A stretch of 64,000 bases of DNA from the NCBI GenBank assembly GCA_963675755.2, contig CAXXMD010000002.1, forward strand, positions 128,001-192,000. The letters run 5' to 3'. Of the stretch, positions 52,272 to 60,250 are shown in pieces. The notes beneath the pieces were generated by a model. The model did not search any database and was not told the DNA's origin. It saw nothing but the letters and a program-made list of their open reading frames with translations. Made by a program: the position numbers and the translations under genes. How positions within the stretch are numbered: position 1 is the stretch's first letter; each line of letters starts with the position of its first letter. The DNA comes from a bacterium. Its GTDB lineage: Bacteria > Zhuqueibacterota > Zhuqueibacteria > Residuimicrobiales > Krinioviventaceae.

Positions 52272-53510
52272 ATGAATAAATTATTTATGGTATTAGTAAT
52301 GATCTTTATTGCAGCATCAGGTGGAACTGTTTGGAGCAATCCGGATTTACAGGTTAGAGGGCTTTTTTATCTTGATAACCATCCTGTTTCGATCTCTATC
52401 AAAGATGGGATTATCGAAAATATCGAGCGTATAAATCCGCAGGAATCAGATCTTTCTACTGTCTATATAGCGCCGGGCTTTATTGATAATCAGGTGAACG
52501 GTTACGCGGGTATATCCTTCTCATTTGGTGGCGGTGATCTGACTGTAGACGGCGTGGAAAAGGCCACAAAAGCGTTATGGCGGGATGGGATAACTTCATA
52601 TTTACCTACACTGACTACCAATTCGCATGAATTGCTGGTCAAAAACCTGGGGGTACTTGCCAATGCAATGGATGCTCCGCAGATAAGGGGCTCTATTCCC
52701 GGATTTCACCTGGAAGGTCCGTATCTTTCCCCGGTGGACGGATGCCGAGGTGCTCAACCTTTGAAATGGATACGTAAGCCCGATTGGAATGAATTTCAGC
52801 AATATATTAAAGCGGCAGATGATCATATTTTGCAGGTAACCGTAGCCCCTGAAATTGATGGTGCTATGGATTTTATCCGCTATTGCAGCAGGGAAAACAT
52901 TGTTGTTGCGTTGGGGCACCACAATGCATCAGCAGAGCAGGTTAGAGAAGCGGCTGATCTGGGAGCGAGTCTTGCTACTCATTTGGGGAATGGCTGCGCT
53001 AACAGTATCAACCGTCATGCAAATCCGCTATGGCCGCAACTGGCAGAAGACCGTATTACAGCAACGATTATCTGCGACGGATTTCATCTTCGCCCTGAAG
53101 AGATCAAAACCTTTTACAAAGCAAAAGGCATTGAAAACACGATCATTGTTTCTGATGTCACCAGTTATGCTTCATTGCCACCGGGTGAATATACCGGTGC
53201 AAATGGCGAAACCATAGAGTTGACTCCTGAAGGTATGCTGCAGTACCCGGCACAAAAGGTTTTATACGGGTCTGCTTCTCCCATTACACGTGGAGTGGGA
53301 CATATCATGGAGGTGACCGGCTGCACACTTGCTGACGCGGTACGTATGGCAAGTTCTAATGTTGCCCGAGTAAATCATCTGGATGACCGTGGTGTAATTG
53401 AGCCAGGCAAGAGAGCGGATATTGTGCTCTTAACTATTGATAATTACAAAATTAAAATAGTGAAAACAATCGTGGCCGGTGAGGTCGTATATGATGTGGA
53501 TAAAGAATAG
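52272..53510 (+). CDS. nagA: N-acetylglucosamine-6-phosphate deacetylase-like amidohydrolase with an N-terminal signal peptide
   Basis: PGFIDNQVNG, HLEGPYLS, VAPE, GH, THLGNG, DGFH, VSD and PGKRAD motifs; hydrophobic N-terminus MNKLFMVLVMIFIAASGG. Confidence 0.85.
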   Translation: MNKLFMVLVMIFIAASGGTVWSNPDLQVRGLFYLDNHPVSISIKDGIIENIERINPQESDLSTVYIAPGFIDNQVNGYAGISFSFGGGDLTVDGVEKATKALWRDGITSYLPTLTTNSHELLVKNLGVLANAMDAPQIRGSIPGFHLEGPYLSPVDGCRGAQPLKWIRKPDWNEFQQYIKAADDHILQVTVAPEIDGAMDFIRYCSRENIVVALGHHNASAEQVREAADLGASLATHLGNGCANSINRHANPLWPQLAEDRITATIICDGFHLRPEEIKTFYKAKGIENTIIVSDVTSYASLPPGEYTGANGETIELTPEGMLQYPAQKVLYGSASPITRGVGHIMEVTGCTLADAVRMASSNVARVNHLDDRGVIEPGKRADIVLLTIDNYKIKIVKTIVAGEVVYDVDKE

Positions 53511-53512
53511 GA

Positions 53513-54757
53513 ATGTTTGTGCAGAATAAGAATCTATTGAAAAAGATAATATTGTTACTCGGCTCAATTGGGCCGGGCCTCTTTTTAATTGGATATAATA
53601 TTGGTACCGGCAGCCTCACAACAATGGCTAAATCCGGCGCTCAATTTGGTATGAGTCTGTTTTGGGCTTTGCTTTTATCATGCCTGTTTACATACATACT
53701 CATGCTTGCGTATGGTAAAGTAACATTGGTTACTGGTAAAACGGCCCTGTATAATATAAAATCCTGTTTAAAGGGTGGTACACTGCTGGCTGTATATATT
53801 ATGGCTGCATTGATTTTCGGGGAGCTTCTGGCGCTGATGGGTATTATGGGCATAGTAGCCGATCTGCTGCAGGAAGGCGGACGTCTGGTGTTTGGTGTAA
53901 CCGTAAAGTCGGTATGGATCATCACAGTTTTGTCCATTGTCATGTATGCACTGCTCTGGTACGGCAGGTACAATGTGTTTGAAAAAGTATTGACGTTTTT
54001 CGTGATCCTGATGGGTGCCAGTTTTTTAGTGGTATTTTTTATGGTAAAACCGGATTTTGCTGAAATTGGCCGCGGTCTGGTTCCTGCAATTCCTGAAGGT
54101 CCGGGTGCATTGGGACTGATCGCCGCCATGGCAGGTACAACCTGTTCCGCAGCGGTCTTTATTATGCGAAGTACAGTGGTTGCTGAAAAAGGCTGGACCA
54201 TTGAGAATCTGAAGGATGAGAAAAAGGATGCTTTTGTATCTGTTTTCATGATGTTGTTTCTGAGCGGTATCATTATGGCTGTTTCAGCCGGTACGCTACA
54301 TGTAATGGGACTACAGTTAACCGAGACTATTGAAATGATCCAATTGTTTCAGCCGCTGGGCGGAAAAACGGCGGCGGTTATCCTGATTTTGGGTATCGCC
54401 GGGGCGGGTATTTCAACGATCTTTCCGATTGTATTGATTGCTCCCTGGTTGATTAGCGATTTTACCGGCAAACCCCGCGATATTCATTCTCCCTTGTATC
54501 GGATTTTGACATTAACAGCTCTTATATTCGGATTTGGCATGTTGTTTCTGGAACAAAAACCACCCGCGTTGATGATCTTTTCGCAGGCATTTCAGGCGTG
54601 TATTTTACCCGCGGTTTGCATACCCGTATTTTTACTGGTCCGCAATGAGGGCTTGATGGGGGACCATAAAGCAAAGTCCCTGTTGAGTACCGGTATATTT
54701 TTAGTGATTTTGTATTCATTCATCACCACAATTTTTGCATTGATAGAATTATTATAA
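53513..54757 (+). CDS. Second NRAMP-superfamily transporter lacking DPGN
   Basis: IGPGLFLIGYNIGTGS, GA.FG.SL.W and AGTT motifs; multi-TM. Confidence 0.83.
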   Translation: MFVQNKNLLKKIILLLGSIGPGLFLIGYNIGTGSLTTMAKSGAQFGMSLFWALLLSCLFTYILMLAYGKVTLVTGKTALYNIKSCLKGGTLLAVYIMAALIFGELLALMGIMGIVADLLQEGGRLVFGVTVKSVWIITVLSIVMYALLWYGRYNVFEKVLTFFVILMGASFLVVFFMVKPDFAEIGRGLVPAIPEGPGALGLIAAMAGTTCSAAVFIMRSTVVAEKGWTIENLKDEKKDAFVSVFMMLFLSGIIMAVSAGTLHVMGLQLTETIEMIQLFQPLGGKTAAVILILGIAGAGISTIFPIVLIAPWLISDFTGKPRDIHSPLYRILTLTALIFGFGMLFLEQKPPALMIFSQAFQACILPAVCIPVFLLVRNEGLMGDHKAKSLLSTGIFLVILYSFITTIFALIELL

Positions 54758-54792
54758 TTGAATTAATATTTATATAAACCCTGGAGTAAAAG

Positions 54793-55569
54793 ATGGAAAC
54801 CGTTTTACCTTTAAAATATTTTTCTGAAAACAAAATGCTTATAAAAGTATATAATACAGATGTTGAGCTGGGCAAAGCAGCCGCAGAATTTGTAGCTACA
54901 CGGTTAAATGAAACCATACAGCAGAAAAATAGCGCGAATTTAATTTTAGCTACCGGAGCTTCCCAGTTTACTTTTCTGGCTGCTTTGAAAACCATGAATA
55001 TTGACTGGTCAAAAATTACAGTATTTCATCTGGATGAATATAAAGATATGCCAATACAGCATCCCGCGAGTTTTAGAAAATATCTAAAAGAAAGAATACT
55101 TGATGATGTAAAGCCAGGTAAAGTATACCTGCTGGAAGGAGACGCCAATGATATTGAAGCAGAATTGAAACGGTATTCAGAATTGCTACAGTCCCATCCG
55201 GTGGATGTAGCTTGCATTGGTATTGGCGAAAACGGGCATATAGCCTTTAACGATCCTCCAGTAGCGGATTTTAATGATCCTAAACTTGTCAAGGTGGTTG
55301 ATCTGGATGAGGATTGCAGAAAGCAACAGTTGGGCGAAGGCTGGTTTGCAACCATCGATGATGTTCCTAAACAGGCACTGAGTCTTACTGTAACGGCCAT
55401 AATGAATTGCAAAACCGTGTGCTCAATGGTCCCGGATGAACGAAAAGCTCAGGCTGTCTATAATACCTTGAATATGCAGATAAGTACCGATTGTCCGGCA
55501 ACCATATTGCGCAATCATGATGATAACGTTCTGTTTCTCGATAAAAATTCTGCAAAGTTGATTATCTGA
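54793..55569 (+). CDS. nagB: Glucosamine/galactosamine-6-phosphate deaminase (NagB family)
   Basis: LATGASQ, FHLDEY and GIGENGHIAFNDPP motifs. Confidence 0.9.
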   Translation: METVLPLKYFSENKMLIKVYNTDVELGKAAAEFVATRLNETIQQKNSANLILATGASQFTFLAALKTMNIDWSKITVFHLDEYKDMPIQHPASFRKYLKERILDDVKPGKVYLLEGDANDIEAELKRYSELLQSHPVDVACIGIGENGHIAFNDPPVADFNDPKLVKVVDLDEDCRKQQLGEGWFATIDDVPKQALSLTVTAIMNCKTVCSMVPDERKAQAVYNTLNMQISTDCPATILRNHDDNVLFLDKNSAKLII

Positions 55570-55619
55570 TGATTGTTTAATTCAAAATTGTATTATGTGA
55601 TTTTAAAAGGAAAATTTTT

Positions 55620-56531
55620 ATGAGTAAAACAATTAAAGTCTTTTTAATTTGTTTATGGATTTTTATGCCGATTTTTGTTTACGGTATTTCTGCAGAACCT
55701 TTTACTTTAGCGATATACTCAAAGGGTGAAATAGATAATACTATAGTGCATCAGATACCGGAAGAAGTGAAAAAAGCACCATCCAGGATCAATAAACTTG
55801 GGTATAACCGCGGCTATTATAATGTAAGCACACCCGAATTAACGGTTTTTCCTGCAATTGACCAATCAAAACCAACTCCTGCTATTGTTGTATTTCCCGG
55901 TGGTGGCTTTACTCATATTACGTATGATAAAGAAGGGACCATGATAGCGGATTGGTTAAATTCACTTGGAATTACTGCCATTGTTGTAAAGTATCGTACA
56001 TTACCCAAAGGTATACATAGAAATTCCGAAGAGGGGAAAAAGCTTGTGTTATCCATTGTTGATGATTGTATTCATGCCGTCTCAATTGTGAATACCAATG
56101 CGGCTGAATGGAATATTGATCCTGATAAAATCGGGATTATGGGATTTTCAGCGGGTGGTAGAATTTGCGCATCAATTATTACACAAACTCACTCTCATCA
56201 TCCAATCGATTACGACAACTATAAGCCTGATTTTTGTTGTCTGGTTTATCCCGGTTTGAGTGAACAGCAAATAGAAAGTGTAAATGCTGATTTACCCCCA
56301 ACGTTTATTACAGTGGCAAGGGATGACAAGGTAACCCCAGCCAATAAAACAATTGATCTATATTCAAAAATGTTGATTGCAAACGTTCCGTCAGAAATGC
56401 ACATCTTTATGAATGGAGCACATGGTTTTGGGATTTATAAAGACAGGGGGGTAGTATCTAATTGGCCGCTCCTCTTTGAAAATTGGATGGATAAACTAGA
56501 GATAACCAGTCATAATAGTCAGGGATTATAA
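55620..56531 (+). CDS. Secreted alpha/beta-hydrolase carbohydrate esterase (BD-FAE-like), paralog 1
   Basis: Signal peptide, PGGG oxyanion hole, GFSAGG nucleophile and HGFG. Confidence 0.88.
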   Translation: MSKTIKVFLICLWIFMPIFVYGISAEPFTLAIYSKGEIDNTIVHQIPEEVKKAPSRINKLGYNRGYYNVSTPELTVFPAIDQSKPTPAIVVFPGGGFTHITYDKEGTMIADWLNSLGITAIVVKYRTLPKGIHRNSEEGKKLVLSIVDDCIHAVSIVNTNAAEWNIDPDKIGIMGFSAGGRICASIITQTHSHHPIDYDNYKPDFCCLVYPGLSEQQIESVNADLPPTFITVARDDKVTPANKTIDLYSKMLIANVPSEMHIFMNGAHGFGIYKDRGVVSNWPLLFENWMDKLEITSHNSQGL

Positions 56532-56599
56532 GTCAACTTTTTGTGGTTTTGTTTACTTTATATTTTGAATTTTATTCTGTTTTTTAATGGAATATATAA

Positions 56600-57502
56600 A
56601 TGGAGCAAAAAATGATACAATTAAAATCTTTACAGTTGTTTTTGATTTTAAATTTAATGGGCAGTGTTATACTCGCCAAACCTTTTACCGTACCTTTGTA
56701 TAAAGATGGAATCAAAGATAATCCATTCAAACCGATAAATGATGAAAAAACTGTTAACCGACAAGCTGATCAGAATGAAAAGGGGTTAAATCGAGCCATT
56801 TACAATGTAACAGACCCTGATTTGATGGTTTATAAGGTACCAAAATCAGACAAGCCTACTGCGGCAGTTGTGGTTTTCCCAGGGGGTGGATTCACCCACG
56901 TTACGATTGATAAAGAAGGCATTGATGTGGCAGAATGGCTTAATGGGATCGGTATTACCGCGGTGATTGTCAAGTATCGTACAGTTCCTGAGGATTATGA
57001 TCGCGGATCAGAAGAAGGTTTAAAACTCCGTGAATTGATTGTTGAGGATGCTGTCAATGCTGTTTATGTATCACGAAAACATGCAACAGAGTGGAATCTT
57101 GATGTTGAAAAGATTGGAGTAATGGGATTCTCTGCAGGAGGATACTTGAGTGGAGCTGTCATTACGCAAATGTATGTGCCGGATAATGTGGATTATGAAT
57201 CTGCAATCCGTCCTGATTTTGCTTGTCTGATTTACCCTGGTGTGAACAAGCAGCATAATTCAAGGGTAGATTCTACTTTACCCCCGGTTTTTATTACCGT
57301 GGCAGCAGACGATCAAACAACTCCTGCTCCGCGGTCCATTTCTTTTTATGAAAAGCTGTATGAAAATTCAATACCTGCCGAACTGCATGTTTTTCAGAAT
57401 GGATCACACGGATTTGGTTTGGGGGAAAACAGGGGAATGGTTAATAGTTGGCCGCAATTATTTGAAAAATGGCTTGTTGAAAATGGAATTTTGGATAAAT
57501 AG
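56600..57502 (+). CDS. Secreted alpha/beta-hydrolase carbohydrate esterase, paralog 2
   Basis: Same motifs as paralog 1 (VVFPGGGFTH.T.DKEG, GFSAGG, HGFG). Confidence 0.88.
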   Translation: MEQKMIQLKSLQLFLILNLMGSVILAKPFTVPLYKDGIKDNPFKPINDEKTVNRQADQNEKGLNRAIYNVTDPDLMVYKVPKSDKPTAAVVVFPGGGFTHVTIDKEGIDVAEWLNGIGITAVIVKYRTVPEDYDRGSEEGLKLRELIVEDAVNAVYVSRKHATEWNLDVEKIGVMGFSAGGYLSGAVITQMYVPDNVDYESAIRPDFACLIYPGVNKQHNSRVDSTLPPVFITVAADDQTTPAPRSISFYEKLYENSIPAELHVFQNGSHGFGLGENRGMVNSWPQLFEKWLVENGILDK

Positions 57503-57512
57503 AGTGGAAATT

Positions 57513-58544
57513 ATGCTGACAGAAAATATTAAAAATATAAATGAGCTGGACAATTTTTTATCCAATCCATCTGATGAATTGATAGAATACATGTCCGGTT
57601 TGAATGGAGATTTGATGATTCTCGGAGTTGCTGGTAAAATGGGTCCGTCACTGTCCTGTCTGGCAAAGCGTGCGTTATCGGCAAACAATATGAACAACCG
57701 GGTTATTGGTGTATCCCGGTTTTCATCAAAGGAAACCATGCATGAATTGAACAATGCCGGGATTGAGACCATACAGGGTGATCTGCTGGATGATGGATTT
57801 GTGGACTCGCTCCCTGACTGTGAAAATGTAATATATATGGCAGGTATGAAATTTGGGTCATCAGGAAACCCCGGACTTACCTGGGCCATGAACACCTATC
57901 TTCCATCACAGGTTGTTAAAAAATACCAAAACTCCCGTATTGTTGCGTTATCGACAGGAAATGTTTATCCCTTTTCGCAAGTGAATAGCGGCGGATGCAG
58001 TGAATCCGATCAGCCGGGGCCGGTAGGCGAATACGCACAATCATGTCTGGGCCGGGAACGGATATTTGAATATTTCAGCGGGATATACAATACTCCTGTT
58101 TGTCTGGTTCGTTTAAATTACGCGGTTGAAATGCGTTACGGCGTTTTGGTTGATATTGCTTCTCAGGTATTTCATGGAGAGTCTGTTGATGTTACCATGG
58201 GGTATACGAATGTTATCTGGCAGGGGGACGCGAATTCCATGATTTTGCAGGCGTTGTCTTATTGCAATGTGCCGGCAGTGCCCCTGAACATTACGGGGCC
58301 TGAGATCATATCTATTCGCTGGTTGGCAGAGCAGTTTGGTGAACGCTTTGGCGTCACTCCGCGAATTGTTAATAAAGAGGCTGATACTGCTTTATTGAAC
58401 AATGCGGGGTTATCGTTTTCGCTTATGGGCTACCCTAAAGTATCATTGAATCGTATCATCGACTGGACAGCTGAATGGATAAAGAGCGGAAAACCGTTAC
58501 TTGACAAACCAACCCATTTTCAGGAACGGGCAGGCAAATTTTAA
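57513..58544 (+). CDS. NAD-dependent epimerase/dehydratase
   Basis: ILGVAGKMG Rossmann motif, STGNVY, EYAQSCLGRE and RLNYA. The probable start is the ATG at 57513. Confidence 0.88.
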   Translation: MLTENIKNINELDNFLSNPSDELIEYMSGLNGDLMILGVAGKMGPSLSCLAKRALSANNMNNRVIGVSRFSSKETMHELNNAGIETIQGDLLDDGFVDSLPDCENVIYMAGMKFGSSGNPGLTWAMNTYLPSQVVKKYQNSRIVALSTGNVYPFSQVNSGGCSESDQPGPVGEYAQSCLGRERIFEYFSGIYNTPVCLVRLNYAVEMRYGVLVDIASQVFHGESVDVTMGYTNVIWQGDANSMILQALSYCNVPAVPLNITGPEIISIRWLAEQFGERFGVTPRIVNKEADTALLNNAGLSFSLMGYPKVSLNRIIDWTAEWIKSGKPLLDKPTHFQERAGKF

Positions 58545-58561
58545 TATAGGAGTTAGCACGA

Positions 58562-59635
58562 ATGACATTACCCTTACCATCTGAAGCAATAACTTCTTTG
58601 TTGAAAAAAGGAGTGGTTATACCAGCGCATCCGCTTGCGTTAAACAAAGACCTGAAACTGGATGAACGCAGACAAAAAGCATTGACCCGTTATTACCTGG
58701 ATTCAGGTGTTGGTGGATTGGCCGTAGGTGTTCATACGACACAGTTTGAGATCCGTGACCCCCAAATCGGATTGTTCAAACCTGTGCTGGAACTGGCAGC
58801 GCTGGAAATAAACGAGTTTATGAGCAGAGAAAACAAAACGATCATCAAAGTTGCCGGTATAACCGGAAATACGGCACAGGCCGTTAAAGAAGCAGAGATC
58901 ATTGCAGACCTGGGGTATGATGCCGGATTATTGAGTCTTGCTGCGTTGCCAGGCGCATCCAATGATGAATTGATTGCGCATTGCAGGCATGTAGCCCAGG
59001 TTATGCCGTTGATGGGATTTTATCTGCAACCTGCAGTTGGCGGACGAATACTGGATTTTGAATTCTGGAAAGCATTTGCAGAAATTGAAAACGTGGTTGC
59101 GATCAAAATGGCACCGTTCAACCGCTACCAGACGCTCGATGTAATTCGTGGTGTTGCGGAATCAGACAGGAGGGATGACATTGCATTATATACCGGCAAT
59201 GACGACAGTATTGTTACTGATTTGCTAACGGAATTCAGGATCAATATTGGATATGAAATCGTATCCATGAATATTGTTGGTGGGTTATTGGGACATTGGG
59301 CTGTCTGGACTCGGAATGTGGTAGAGATGTTTAACTCGGTCAAGATGGAGGTTAACAATTTGGGCAATATCCCCAGAGACTTTATGACCCTGGCTGCGCA
59401 GGTGACGGATTGCAATGCCGCGTTTTTTGACGCTAAATACAACTTTCGTGGGGTCATCGCTGGCATTCATGAGGTTTTGTACCGCCAGGGACTGCTAGAA
59501 GGGATCTGGACACTGAATCCTGCTGAAACCTTATCCCCGGGACAGCGAGAAGAGATTGACCGAGTGTATGCAGCGTATCCACATTTGAATGACGATGATT
59601 TTGTTAAAACCAATCTGGACAAATGGTTGGCCTAG
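58562..59635 (+). CDS. DapA/NAL-family class I aldolase/dehydratase
   Basis: VIPAHPLAL, GVHTTQF, FYLQPAVGG, Schiff-base Lys in VAIKMAPF, and YTGNDD. Confidence 0.87.
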   Translation: MTLPLPSEAITSLLKKGVVIPAHPLALNKDLKLDERRQKALTRYYLDSGVGGLAVGVHTTQFEIRDPQIGLFKPVLELAALEINEFMSRENKTIIKVAGITGNTAQAVKEAEIIADLGYDAGLLSLAALPGASNDELIAHCRHVAQVMPLMGFYLQPAVGGRILDFEFWKAFAEIENVVAIKMAPFNRYQTLDVIRGVAESDRRDDIALYTGNDDSIVTDLLTEFRINIGYEIVSMNIVGGLLGHWAVWTRNVVEMFNSVKMEVNNLGNIPRDFMTLAAQVTDCNAAFFDAKYNFRGVIAGIHEVLYRQGLLEGIWTLNPAETLSPGQREEIDRVYAAYPHLNDDDFVKTNLDKWLA

Positions 59636-59683
59636 TTTAAAATATAAAAAGAATTTTATCTTGCTGCTTTTTTTAGAGTAAGA

Positions 59684-59727
59684 ACTCATAATCCGCAGGT
59701 TCGGGATTCAAATCCCTGTGGGCCCAC
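59684..59727 (+). repeat. attR-like displaced tRNA 3' fragment
   Basis: 43/44 identity to 30874-30917; the single G>A at 59706 breaks the T-stem pair next to the TTC loop. Confidence 0.95.
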
Positions 59728-59730
59728 TGG

Positions 59731-59759
59731 AAAGCCATCAAACCTTTGATGGCTTTTTT
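59731..59759 (+). terminator. Intrinsic terminator after the tRNA fragment
   Basis: AAAGCCATCAAA-cc-TTTGATGGCTTT followed by a T-tract. Confidence 0.88.
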
Positions 59760-60250
59760 ATATAACTTTCCATAACTTTTCAATAATACTTTTCCCGATA
59801 TTAATTTTATTTCATTGTATTTAAATTTTCTTTATATATATATATGTGTGTGTTATGTATGAATTGGTTTGAATGAAATTGTTTAAAAATTAATTAATAT
59901 TATTTCAATTTTTAAAAGAATTTAATATCATAATTTCTATTTCTTTCTGTTTGTTCAGAACCTTTTAATCAATATTTATTATATAAGAATAATAAATATA
60001 TTTTTTTCTAGATGATAACTTTTCATTTTTTAAAATTTTGCTAATGTTAATGTTGTTAAAAACATTATTTAACAGTTATTATCTGGATATTTGCTTTATT
60101 TATTAATACTATACAGGAGATTAATTATTATTTTAATCTTGTTTATTAATTATATATGTAGTAAAAGATAATTGAAATAAATGTAACACTTTTTTATCCA
60201 TTTTTATCTTCCAGAATAATCTGAATTATATGCGATTGGAGGTAATAACA

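Larger units (their letters stand above)
30874..59727. mobile_element. tRNA-integrated genomic island (~28.8 kb) with glycan-catabolism cargo and no integrase
   Basis: Bounded by 44-bp direct repeats of the tRNA 3' end that begin at the anticodon loop. All cargo genes are on the + strand. Confidence 0.8.

Noticed and set aside
57348-57512. N-terminal extension of the epimerase overlapping the esterase gene
   Set aside because: The ATG at 57513 removes the overlap and places the Rossmann motif at a normal distance from the N-terminus.
59672-59727. Second functional tRNA gene
   Set aside because: There is no 5' acceptor strand or intact D arm (only a weak TTAGAG echo), and the T stem is mutated. 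It is an att-like fragment.
59761-59853. Short repeats (ATAACTTT x2) and a (TA)n(TG)n tract as a CRISPR or contingency locus
   Set aside because: Too short, with no repeat-spacer periodicity; expected in very AT-rich DNA.
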